From: an uncultured Bacteroidia bacterium
Lineage (GTDB): Bacteria; Bacteroidota; Bacteroidia; Bacteroidales; UBA932
Assembly (NCBI GenBank): GCA_902785575.1
Contig: CACZZF010000013.1
Span: forward strand, 52,867-116,866
DNA length: 64,000 bases
Reading direction: 5' to 3'
Part shown: positions 27,301 through 35,056 of the stretch, in pieces
Position numbering within the stretch: the first letter of the stretch is position 1
Layout: the number at the start of each line of letters is the position of its first letter
The notes under the pieces: generated by a model
What the model was told of the DNA's origin: nothing
Database searches by the model: none
What the model saw: only the letters and a program-made list of their open reading frames with translations
Program-made: the position numbers and the translations under genes

Positions 27301-27436
27301 CGAATACAAGGATGAATTCGAGTACAACTGCCAGTTGATTTACTACATGGCTAATGAGGTCTCGAAGTGTGGCGACAAGGAGTTCGCCAAAGAGTTGGAG
27401 TCAGACCTGGCGGCTTTCCTCAACTCGAATAGCTGA
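24356..27436 (+). CDS. DUF2723 (TMEM260-like, GT-C fold) membrane glycosyltransferase-like protein with C-terminal helical repeats
   Basis: 1026 aa. N-terminal FWDCGEFIASSYKLEVGHPPGNPVF motif and more than 10 TM helices. Confidence 0.75.
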   Translation: MDSKKFKQWNLLTAAVVFLISAFTYLSTIEPTASFWDCGEFIASSYKLEVGHPPGNPVFQIIARFFTMFTGPSKAAVMVNCMSALCSALTIFFLYLTIVFFTKRLIIPKKRPDGSAGDYSIGESIAIFGSGAVGALAYCFSDTFWFSAVEGEVYAMSSLFTAIVVWAMTKWYESEDRRYANRWIVLISFLMGLSIGVHVLNLLALPMIVFMYYYKIREDKPYSFWECVKILALSAVILGVLFFIMIPWLPKMAAYFDLIFVNGFGLPYNTGAAVFVLGIIGLCFWGLFKTLEKGKVFWNTALLCFTTILIGFSIFSVVIIRSSVKPPTNEYQPDNAFTLVRYLSREQYGSVPLVYGQYFGAPYDLKQGTYWAPLNGKYKKVPSPVEPVYDASGKMLFPRMYSNDDRSIKFYQTYMNGKGITVPGAEYKKPTFGANLKYFFDFQLGWMYWRYFMWNFVGRQNEIHAPQADLFTGNWESGIKVIDRIHLGDQDNAPTWLKENKGKNHLFFLPLLLGLLGLLFQFDRDKRGCWLTFLLFFLTGIAVVMYLNQPPFQVRERDYAYAGSFYAFTIWIGFAVAAIYSWITGALKNKNTTAVAAATTLVCLCVPALMCAQEWDDHDRSHRRTAVEVAYNYLNSVGPNGLLVTHGDNDTFPLWYAQEVEEIRNDVRILNTSLLGTDWYIDQMRYAINNAAPLTLSIGQEQYLYGTNDWVLIQDSRNQAVPISECIKVFKHPDAKLMTQDGRKLDYWVSRKMIIPVNKENCLKSGIVSPKFADMIPESIVLEIPQGKTGLTKPELFMLDLLANYKWDRPLNLLNQGGDLNIGLKEYLMYDGFSYRFIPIKNKVESFNIGLVDTDDLYKKLTETFKFDAVGADNYLVDYQNIYTFMGVMSIRNLLVSSADAFMEAGEKDRAEKVLDMCRQIMRPDRYPYDNTLFGWSSNALFPIEMARCYYGLGKPEKAREVIGEIDKELKESIGLFLDFYPEYKDEFEYNCQLIYYMANEVSKCGDKEFAKELESDLAAFLNSNS

Positions 27437-27450
27437 GGCTCGCCCTCTTG

Positions 27451-28512
27451 TTATCTTCTAAGACGGACGTAGATGGAGAGTGGGAGGACTTTGCCGAATT
27501 TGTCCTTGAGGGCAAGTTCTCCGGAATCAAGAGGAGTGTCAGCTTTCAGCCCAAGCGCTTGACGGACAACTGTTTCCCCAAGGACGGCGGAGAACCCGTT
27601 GGAATACAGGTTCAGAACCATGAAGCTGTTTTCGGGAGCGAGGATCTGGCCGACATTGCGCATCATCTCGAACAGGCATTCATCAAGTTTCCATTTCTCC
27701 CCGTCCGGGCCATGCCCATATGCTGGCGGATCAAGGATTATTCCGTTATAAAGATTCCCTCTGCGGGCCTCTCTCTTCGCGAATTTCATGGCGTCCTCCA
27801 CCACCCAGCGTATGCCGTCCAGGCCACTGCGGTCCTGGTTCTCATGCGCCCAGGTCACTACCTGTCGCACAGAATCAAGATGAGTCACATCCGCCCCCGC
27901 GGCCCTTGCGGCAAGAGAAGCCGCACCGGTGTAAGCGAAAAGATTAAGCACCTTCGGTCGCTGATCCATGGAAGCTGCGATCTCCGAAGTGTTCCGGAAT
28001 ATATATTCCCAATTCGCCGCCTGCTCCGGAAATACCCCAACATGCTTGAATGACGTCAGCCCCAGCCGCAGCGAAAACTCCATCCGTTCACACCCGGTGG
28101 GCAGTGAGGTTTTTATCTGGTGTTTGTCAGGAGTGGCGGAACCGCCGGTGGTCGGGAAGTCCCCAGACGGACATTTACCCGGATAGGGCGCGAAGCGTAG
28201 GGAGTCCGGGGACTTCCCGCCACCGGCGATGCCACCGGACAACCTGTACCGGATCCACCACTGATCAGGCATCGCCTTCAGACGGTTCCAAGTGCCGCTA
28301 TCCTCCTTCCCGGCTTTACCGAACCCGGCACCAGGAGTGAATAAAACATGTGCGGCGGAGTCCCATTCCTTCTGGGACAACTCCTTGTTCCACAACGCTT
28401 TAGGCTCCGGCCTTGAAAGAACGAAACCACCGAACCGCTCGAGCTTCATCCCATCTCCGGAATCCAAAAGCTCGTAGTCTTTCCACCTATCTGAGGGAAA
28501 CTCTGTCGCCAT
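27451..28512 (-). CDS. Class I SAM-dependent RNA methyltransferase (RlmI/RlmK-like, PF10672-type) carrying an in-frame repeat insertion
   Basis: YELLDSGDGMKLERFGG N-terminal block. SAM motif VLNLFAYTGAASLAA, and IILDPPAYG. The MATEF start at 28512 is preferred to the ORF-track start at 28593. Confidence 0.8.
   Translation of the reverse strand: MATEFPSDRWKDYELLDSGDGMKLERFGGFVLSRPEPKALWNKELSQKEWDSAAHVLFTPGAGFGKAGKEDSGTWNRLKAMPDQWWIRYRLSGGIAGGGKSPDSLRFAPYPGKCPSGDFPTTGGSATPDKHQIKTSLPTGCERMEFSLRLGLTSFKHVGVFPEQAANWEYIFRNTSEIAASMDQRPKVLNLFAYTGAASLAARAAGADVTHLDSVRQVVTWAHENQDRSGLDGIRWVVEDAMKFAKREARRGNLYNGIILDPPAYGHGPDGEKWKLDECLFEMMRNVGQILAPENSFMVLNLYSNGFSAVLGETVVRQALGLKADTPLDSGELALKDKFGKVLPLSIYVRLRR
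28133..28230. repeat. GC-rich hairpin repeat, intragenic in-frame copy (same core family as 21796-21873)
   Basis: Arms CCGGTGGTCGGGAAGTCCCC (28145-28164) and GGGGACTTCCCGCCACCGG (28208-28226) are complementary apart from one indel. The loop carries the shared core. Confidence 0.65.
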
Positions 28513-28536
28513 AGTGGTGCAAAGATAAAAAAATAG

Positions 28537-28544
28537 TATCTTTG
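28537..28544 (+). promoter_or_regulatory. Candidate -7 box (TAnnTTTG) for pgk
   Basis: TATCTTTG ends 36 nt upstream of the pgk ATG. Confidence 0.4.
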
Positions 28545-28579
28545 CTCCGGAAAAAAACGATAACAAATTATTTTTCACT

Positions 28580-29833
28580 ATGCAGCAGCACATTGACTCT
28601 TACGATTTCAAAGGCAAGAAGGCCATTGTCAGGGTGGATTTCAACGTTCCGCTCGATGAGAACTTCAACATCACTGACGACACCCGTATCCGCGCCGCCC
28701 TTCCTACACTGAAAAAGGTCCTCGCTGAAGGAGGTTCCCTTATTCTCATGTCCCATCTCGGCCGTCCGAAGGGCGTCACTGAGAAGTTCTCACTCAAGCA
28801 CATAGTCGCCCATGTCTCCGAGTGCCTCGGAGTTCCTGTCCAGTTCGCCCCCGACTGCCAGAAAGCTGACGAGCAGGCCGCCGCGCTGAAGCCAGGAGAG
28901 GTTCTGATGCTTGAGAACCTTCGTTTCTACGCCGAGGAGGAAGGCAAGCCCAGAGGACTCGCTGAGGACGCCACTGACGAGGAGAAGGCCGCCGCGAAGA
29001 AAGTTGTCAAGGAAAGCCAGAAGGAGTTCGTGAAGAAACTCGCTTCCTACGCCGACTGCTACATCAACGACGCTTTCGGAACCGCCCACAGGGCCCACGC
29101 TTCCACCGCCCTCATCGCCAAGTACTTCCCTGAGGACAAGATGTTCGGCTACCTGATGGAGAAAGAGATCAAAGCCATCGATAACGTACTGAAGAACGCC
29201 CGCCGTCCTTTCACCGCTATCATCGGCGGCTCCAAGGTTTCCTCGAAACTCGCTGTCCTTGAGAACCTTCTTGGTAAAGTTGACAACCTTATCATCTGCG
29301 GCGGAATGGGTTACACCTTCATCAAGGCCGAGGGTGGAAATATCGGTAACTCTCTCCATGAGGACGAGCTTATCCCTCAGGCTAAGGAGATAATGGAGAA
29401 GGCGCAGGAACTTGGTGTCAACGTGTCCCTGTCTGTCCAGACCCGTGTCACCCAGGAGTTCGCCAATGATACTCCCGAGATGGTTGTCCCTTCTCACAAG
29501 ATTCCTGACGGATGGGAAGGCCTTGATTGCGGACCCGCTTCGATCGAGAACTGGGCCAGGATCATCCTCGCCTCCAAGACCATCCTCTGGAACGGTCCCG
29601 CCGGTGTGTTCGAGTTCCCGAACTTCGCCACAGGAACCGAGAAGATCGCCGAGCTTGTCGCCAAGGCTACCGAGCATGGAGCCTATACCCTCGTTGGTGG
29701 TGGAGACTCTGTCGCCGCTGTCACCAAGATGGGCTTCGCCGACAAGGTCAGCTATGTCAGCACCGGTGGTGGAGCCATGTTGGAAGCAATTGAGGGTAAG
29801 ACGCTTCCCGGCATCGCCGCTATTCAGGAATAA
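28580..29833 (+). CDS. pgk: Phosphoglycerate kinase
   Basis: 417 aa. [17 protein letters not shown] and GGGDSVAAV motifs. Confidence 0.97.
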   Translation: MQQHIDSYDFKGKKAIVRVDFNVPLDENFNITDDTRIRAALPTLKKVLAEGGSLILMSHLGRPKGVTEKFSLKHIVAHVSECLGVPVQFAPDCQKADEQAAALKPGEVLMLENLRFYAEEEGKPRGLAEDATDEEKAAAKKVVKESQKEFVKKLASYADCYINDAFGTAHRAHASTALIAKYFPEDKMFGYLMEKEIKAIDNVLKNARRPFTAIIGGSKVSSKLAVLENLLGKVDNLIICGGMGYTFIKAEGGNIGNSLHEDELIPQAKEIMEKAQELGVNVSLSVQTRVTQEFANDTPEMVVPSHKIPDGWEGLDCGPASIENWARIILASKTILWNGPAGVFEFPNFATGTEKIAELVAKATEHGAYTLVGGGDSVAAVTKMGFADKVSYVSTGGGAMLEAIEGKTLPGIAAIQE

Positions 29834-29848
29834 TAATCGCCATAGGCT

Positions 29849-30736
29849 ATGGATCCGCTAGTGGTGCATTGGAATATGAATCCGGAGATATTCCGGATAG
29901 GTGGCTTTGCCGTCAGGTGGTACGGTCTCCTGTTCGTCTCCGGTTTCATTCTAGGGTATTGGATATTCACAAAGTTCTGTGAGCGAGAGAAGGTAAACAA
30001 TGCTTTCCTCGATCCGCTCCTGTACACCTTGCTTATTGGTACCCTTGTCGGTGCCCGTCTGGGCCATTGCCTTTTCTACGGTTTCAACTATTATTTCGGT
30101 TCCTGGAAGGGTTTCCTGGAGATATTCAAAGTCTGGGAAGGAGGGTTGGCCAGTCACGGTGGTACCATCATGCTGATTTTGTGCATGTGGTGGTTCGCTT
30201 GGAAATTCGGCAAGAAGTACCATATCGACTTTCTCTGGATTCTGGATCACCTCTGTATCGCGGTGGCTTTCGCCGGAGCTTTCATCAGACTGGGAAACCT
30301 TTGTAACTCTGAGATTTACGGTGACGTCACGAATCTCCCCTGGGGCTTTATATTCGAGCGCAGGGGAGAGACGGAGCCGAAGCATCCGACCCAGATTTAC
30401 GAGGCACTGAGCTACCTTATCCTCGGACTGATTCTTGTCTGGCTATATGTCAAGAAACTGGACAAAATGTATAGGGGAACCTTTATTGGATTGTTCTTTA
30501 TCGGTTGCTTCGGGATGAGATTCCTGATCGAATTCATCAAGGAGCCGCAGGAAGCCTTTGAGAATGATATGATCTTGAATATGGGTCAGACCCTGAGCAT
30601 TCCGTTTGTCCTTTTGGGCATAGGTCTGCTTATCTACGCTTTCAAGAAAAAGATTCCGGCTAGGGCGGTGATCCCTGACAACCGGCCGAAGAAAGCCGAG
30701 CCGACCCACTACGCCAAGAGCTTGAACAACAATTAG
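29849..30736 (+). CDS. lgt: Prolipoprotein diacylglyceryl transferase
   Basis: FAVRWYGLLFVSGFILGY and GGLASHGG motifs; HPTQIYEAL signature. Confidence 0.9.
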   Translation: MDPLVVHWNMNPEIFRIGGFAVRWYGLLFVSGFILGYWIFTKFCEREKVNNAFLDPLLYTLLIGTLVGARLGHCLFYGFNYYFGSWKGFLEIFKVWEGGLASHGGTIMLILCMWWFAWKFGKKYHIDFLWILDHLCIAVAFAGAFIRLGNLCNSEIYGDVTNLPWGFIFERRGETEPKHPTQIYEALSYLILGLILVWLYVKKLDKMYRGTFIGLFFIGCFGMRFLIEFIKEPQEAFENDMILNMGQTLSIPFVLLGIGLLIYAFKKKIPARAVIPDNRPKKAEPTHYAKSLNNN

Positions 30737-31513
30737 ATGATCAAAGCTATATTCTTCGACATTGACGGCACCTTGGTGAGTTTCAAGAGCCACAGGATGT
30801 CTGACCGTTTGAAGGACTGCTTGAATGAGCTTCGCGCCCGCGGCGTGAAGCTTTTCATTTCAAGCGGCCGTCACGTATTGGTCATGAATAACCTGGAAGA
30901 CTATCCTTTCGACGGTTACATCGCGATGAACGGGGCATTGACTATCCTTGACGGGAAGACTATCGACAGCCGTCCGCTTCCGAAAGAGATCTCGTTCCAG
31001 GTCGCCAGGATAGCGACGGAGGTCGGTGTCCCTTGCTGGTCTTTCGCTGACTCCATTGTCGGAATCAATTTCGAAAACGGGAAATCAGAAGAGGTCTCCC
31101 GGCAGCTGAATTTCTTCCCGGAGAACTATCTGGATCTTGACGAAGTCGCTCATAGTCACGAGGTTTACCAGTACACGATCTATATGTCGCTCGAGGAGGA
31201 AGCCCGGTATCTGCATCCTGTTCTTTCCGGGGTTGATTACCAGCGTTGGCATCCGTACTTCACCGACATAGTCCCTGGGGGATTGTCCAAGTCCTATGGG
31301 GCGTCTCTTATCCTGGACCGTCTCGGCCTGACTCCAGCGGAGTGCATGGCTTTCGGGGACGGCGGGAATGATATTCCTATCATCGAATATGCCGGGATAG
31401 GTGTAGCGATGGGAAACGCCACGCCTGACGTCAAGGCCGCCGCCGACTTCGTCACCGGTTCCGTCGACGAAGACGGAGTCATCTCCGCCCTCCGCCACTT
31501 CGGCGTCATCTGA
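30737..31513 (+). CDS. Cof-type HAD-IIB family hydrolase
   Basis: FFDIDGTL motif I and GDGGNDIPIIEYAGIGVAMGNA motif IV. Confidence 0.85.
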   Translation: MIKAIFFDIDGTLVSFKSHRMSDRLKDCLNELRARGVKLFISSGRHVLVMNNLEDYPFDGYIAMNGALTILDGKTIDSRPLPKEISFQVARIATEVGVPCWSFADSIVGINFENGKSEEVSRQLNFFPENYLDLDEVAHSHEVYQYTIYMSLEEEARYLHPVLSGVDYQRWHPYFTDIVPGGLSKSYGASLILDRLGLTPAECMAFGDGGNDIPIIEYAGIGVAMGNATPDVKAAADFVTGSVDEDGVISALRHFGVI

Positions 31514-31539
31514 TCCGCTTCAATGTTATCTGATCGGCC

Positions 31540-31611
31540 AACCCTGTCATTCTGAGCGCCCGCAACCCTGTCATTCTTAGCGCCCGCAACCCTGTCATTC
31601 TGAGCGCCCGC
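31540..31611. repeat. Tandem repeat, 3 x 24 bp (AACCCTGTCATTCTGAGCGCCCGC)
   Basis: Units at 31540-31563, 31564-31587 (one G>T change) and 31588-31611. The last unit runs into GAAGAATC, completing the hairpin motif. Confidence 0.9.
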
Positions 31612-31683
31612 GAAGAATCTACTGTCCCTATCGTCCCTAAAACCCGGACGCAAAGAACAAATACAGCCGATATTGATCCCTAC

Positions 31684-31720
31684 GTCCCTCCGGCCGGGAC
31701 GAGGGGAACACGTTTTTCTT
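31684..31720 (+). terminator. Possible terminator of the pgk-lgt-HAD transcription unit
   Basis: GTCCCTC/GAGGG(G)A(A)C hairpin (alternative pairing CGTCCC/GGGACG), followed by CGTTTTTCTT. Confidence 0.35.
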
Positions 31721-31783
31721 ACGGAGGTAATAGCCAGTCAGCCCAGACTTGAGCATAGCACACTACGCCTTTTAAAAGTGATA

Positions 31784-32332
31784 TTATTTCTGGCCTTCAA
31801 TTACTTTAAACATTGTCATCAACATATCTTGTCGTTTTTCTGCCACACTCATATCCGTAGTTCCGCCTAAGTATCTAATTCTAACGTCAGTTATTTTGTG
31901 AGACGACAGTATATCGACATCAGAATCAGATAGCATCAAAGTAGTGTTAAAGAAATGCGTATCCCCGCCCAGAGGATCTCTTTCAGCGCCTATCCCGGTA
32001 TATGATGAATTCAAAACTACGGACTCTCCATTGTCTAGTAAAAATGGTATACCGCTTCCATCTACATATTTTTCTACTTCGGCAAGACCTATGTTCACAG
32101 GTATGCTATAAAGATTATTCACTTTCCGTAAGCAAAGATATAATGTGTTGTGTTTCGTGCCCAAATCCGTGTTGTGGAAACATAGTTGACAGGTTTTTGT
32201 TTCGATTATACGATTACCATTGAATTTATCAGTCTCATTTTTTGCAATTTGGATATTGGCTTTAGTAAAAGAAGCACAGCCACAAATGCTAAGGAGCAGT
32301 GGCAGGATGATAAGTAAAAGTTTTGTCTTCAT
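31784..32332 (-). CDS. Hypothetical lipoprotein (AT-rich orphan gene)
   Basis: Signal peptide plus lipobox MKTKLLLIILPLLLSICGC. No recognisable family. Composition is visibly more AT-rich than the flanks. Confidence 0.5.
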   Translation of the reverse strand: MKTKLLLIILPLLLSICGCASFTKANIQIAKNETDKFNGNRIIETKTCQLCFHNTDLGTKHNTLYLCLRKVNNLYSIPVNIGLAEVEKYVDGSGIPFLLDNGESVVLNSSYTGIGAERDPLGGDTHFFNTTLMLSDSDVDILSSHKITDVRIRYLGGTTDMSVAEKRQDMLMTMFKVIEGQK

Positions 32333-32357
32333 AATGACTGGGGAGCACTAAAACGAT

Positions 32358-32393
32358 AAACCGGAGAAATTTGAGTTTCTCCGGTTTGTTTTA
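32358..32393. terminator. Bidirectional terminator-like hairpin in a divergent intergenic region
   Basis: 12-bp stem AAACCGGAGAAA (32358-32369) / TTTCTCCGGTTT (32376-32387), 6-nt loop, then GTTTT. An A-tract upstream provides a U-tract on the other strand. Confidence 0.5.
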
Positions 32394-32450
32394 GTATAAC
32401 ATTTGTAGTAAAAATGCAGTTTTGTTTAATTGGAAAGAGTAGTTTAGAAC

Positions 32451-33986
32451 ATGATAAAAAAGAGACTGATAATGGCGGCCGCGCTGATGGGGATAGTCAC
32501 CGTGGCGTCAGGGCAATACAGGGCCGACTCTGTCCCTGTCGAAGCCCAGTCCGACACTTCCACGGTTGTCATAACATTGGATGACGCGTTGAAGATCGCC
32601 TTGAGTGAGAATGTGGCTGTCAAGGTGGCAGACAAGGAGATCGAGAGAAGCCAGTACGCCAAGAAAGGGACATATTCATCCCTGTTCCCTCAGGTGACCG
32701 GTTCCGGATCTTACCAGAGGACCATCAAGAAACAGATCATGTACATGGACTCCGACAGCGGCGGTGATGATGAGGAAGGTGGTGGAGGAGGCTTCGGAAT
32801 GCTTTCCTCACTGGCTCCTTATTTCATTAGGATCAATGAGTTGTCCGCAATGCAAGGGATGCCTCTGATTATCCCTGGCGAGAGTGAGAGCTCAAGTTCC
32901 AACAGCGGTTTCGCGGTGGGTCGTTGGAATACCTACAACTACGGTGTGTCCGCGGCCATGCCCCTGGTGAACGCTCAACTTTGGGAGAGCCTAAGGATCT
33001 CCGGCCAAGCTGTCGATCTCGCTGTCGAGAAGGCCCGCTCCTCAAGGCTGGATATGGTCACCCAGGTGAAGCAGGCATACTATGCCGTCCTTCTCGCCAA
33101 GGAAGCGTTCAATGTCTACAAGGAAGTCTACGAGAACGCCGTGGAGAATTTCGTCCAGACCGAGAGACGCTACAAGGCGGAGAAAGCCTCTGAGCTTGAA
33201 TATACTAGGGCAAAGTCTGTGGTGGCCGGGGCCATCCCTAATGTCTACAACGCGGAAAGCTCGGTGATGCTTGCTCTCTGGCAGCTCAAGGCCGTGATGG
33301 GAGTTGACCTTTCCAGGAATATCGATGTGGCCGGGGCTTTGGGCGACTATTCTACCCAAATGTTCAGGGATATTCACGACAACGATGATCCTTCCCTTGA
33401 TTATAATACCACCCTTCGCCAGCTTGAGATCCAGGCGGACCAGCTTGCCTCTACCGTGAAGATGTACAAGGCGGCCTATCTGCCGACTTTGTCGGCGGCG
33501 TTCTCCTACAACATGATCGCCATGACTAATGACTTCAAGTTCAGCGAGTATAAATGGTCGCCATATTCCTATGTCGGCCTGAGCTTGAACATCCCGATAT
33601 TCACTGGTTTCAAACGTCATTACGATGTCAAGCAGGCTAAGGTCCAGGCCGTGGAGCTCGATCTGCAGAGGATAGAGGCCGAAAGGCAGTTGAAGATAGC
33701 CATCCGCCAATATCTCAACACGATGGAGACCAGCATGAATAGCTACAACGCCGCCGCCGAGGCGGTTGGTCTCGCGAGGAAGGCGTATGATATAGCCGCC
33801 AAGTCCTACAAGATCGGCAAGGGCACTATCACGGAAATGAATGACGCCCAGCTCACTTTGACTCAGGCGAGTCTACAGCAGAGCCAGGCTGTCTACAATT
33901 TCATCGTGGCCAAGTCCAATCTTGAGAAGACTCTCGGGTACGATTTCATCGACGATGAAGGTAACGTTGATCTGGATAACATGTAG
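32451..33986 (+). CDS. TolC family outer-membrane efflux protein
   Basis: 511 aa with a signal peptide. Two OEP-type coiled-coil repeats (LTLDDALKIALSENVAVK...; QAKVQAVELDLQR...). Confidence 0.85.
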   Translation: MIKKRLIMAAALMGIVTVASGQYRADSVPVEAQSDTSTVVITLDDALKIALSENVAVKVADKEIERSQYAKKGTYSSLFPQVTGSGSYQRTIKKQIMYMDSDSGGDDEEGGGGGFGMLSSLAPYFIRINELSAMQGMPLIIPGESESSSSNSGFAVGRWNTYNYGVSAAMPLVNAQLWESLRISGQAVDLAVEKARSSRLDMVTQVKQAYYAVLLAKEAFNVYKEVYENAVENFVQTERRYKAEKASELEYTRAKSVVAGAIPNVYNAESSVMLALWQLKAVMGVDLSRNIDVAGALGDYSTQMFRDIHDNDDPSLDYNTTLRQLEIQADQLASTVKMYKAAYLPTLSAAFSYNMIAMTNDFKFSEYKWSPYSYVGLSLNIPIFTGFKRHYDVKQAKVQAVELDLQRIEAERQLKIAIRQYLNTMETSMNSYNAAAEAVGLARKAYDIAAKSYKIGKGTITEMNDAQLTLTQASLQQSQAVYNFIVAKSNLEKTLGYDFIDDEGNVDLDNM

Positions 33987-34012
33987 AATCGATAATAATA
34001 AAGAAAGAAGAT

Positions 34013-35044
34013 ATGAATAGCATTTACAGGACATTAGCTCTCGTCGGAGTCTGCGCCGCACTTGTCTCCTGCGGGGGTAAGAAAGCTCAGGAAAGCGCTC
34101 CCGTGGCACAAGAGGAGGACAGGACGATCCTTGTTTCAACGGCGACTGCCGTGGTGGAGGAAGTTCCTCAGACAGAAGTATATTCATCGACCGTGGAGGC
34201 TTATGCCATCAATAATATAGCGCCTCAGACCCCGGGCAGAATCCAGACGATCAGGGTTGATGTGGGATCGTTTGTGAGTAAGGGACAGATTCTTGCGACA
34301 ATGGACGCCGCCCAGTTGGACCAGACCAGGCTGAAGCTGGTGAACGATTCGACAGAGCTCAGCCGCCTCCGCAGCCTATATGAGGAAGGGGGAGTGTCCA
34401 AGTCGGATTATGACGCTGTCGAGATGGCTTATAAGATCAGCCGCCGCTCATATAACAATTTGGCGGAGAACACCTATCTGCGTTCCCCGCTCAGCGGCGT
34501 AATCACCGCGAGGAATTATGACAAGGGAGACCTTTACGCCGGCCAGCCGATATTCGTGGTCCAGCAGATCACTCCTGTCAAACTCAAGGTCGGAGTTTCC
34601 GAGTCGGATTACACCAAGGTTAAGATAGGCAACCAGGTCGAGATCACTGTCGACGCGCTTCCGGGGCAGACTTTCACAGGTAAGATAAACAAGATTTATC
34701 CTACTATCGATCCCATGACCCACACATTTGTCACGGAAATCCTCGTCCAGAATTCCGACAGGGTTTTGCGTCCCGGAATGTTCGCCAGGGTCAAAATCGA
34801 GTTCGGAGTCAACAAAAGCGTCGTGGTGCCTGAGGAGTCCGTCGTCAAGATGCAGGGAACTGGCCAGAGGTGCGTGTATGTCCTTCAGCCGGACAACACG
34901 GTGGAGAGCTCCATTGTCAAACTCGGCCGTCATGTCGGCAATAGCTACGAGATTCTTGAGGGAATATCCGAGGGGGACGTGGTGACTGTCAAGGGAAGCA
35001 CCAGCCTAAAGGATGGGGCGAAAGTCGAGGTGTCTAACAAATAA
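34013..35044 (+). CDS. Efflux RND transporter periplasmic adaptor (MFP/HlyD family) lipoprotein
   Basis: Lipobox LVSCGG. Biotinyl-lipoyl-like hairpin (GSFVSKGQILATMD...LRSPLSGVITARN) and beta-barrel blocks. Confidence 0.85.
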   Translation: MNSIYRTLALVGVCAALVSCGGKKAQESAPVAQEEDRTILVSTATAVVEEVPQTEVYSSTVEAYAINNIAPQTPGRIQTIRVDVGSFVSKGQILATMDAAQLDQTRLKLVNDSTELSRLRSLYEEGGVSKSDYDAVEMAYKISRRSYNNLAENTYLRSPLSGVITARNYDKGDLYAGQPIFVVQQITPVKLKVGVSESDYTKVKIGNQVEITVDALPGQTFTGKINKIYPTIDPMTHTFVTEILVQNSDRVLRPGMFARVKIEFGVNKSVVVPEESVVKMQGTGQRCVYVLQPDNTVESSIVKLGRHVGNSYEILEGISEGDVVTVKGSTSLKDGAKVEVSNK

Positions 35045-35056
35045 TCACCGCAGCCT

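Noticed and set aside
31540-31611. Possible CRISPR array
   Set aside because: The repeats are directly abutting with no spacers. There are only three 24-bp units, and no cas genes occur in the window.
31294-31653. 119-aa minus-strand ORF with repeated AGAQNDRV units
   Set aside because: It is a translation of the 3 x 24-bp tandem repeat plus the antisense of the HAD gene end, so it is not a credible gene.
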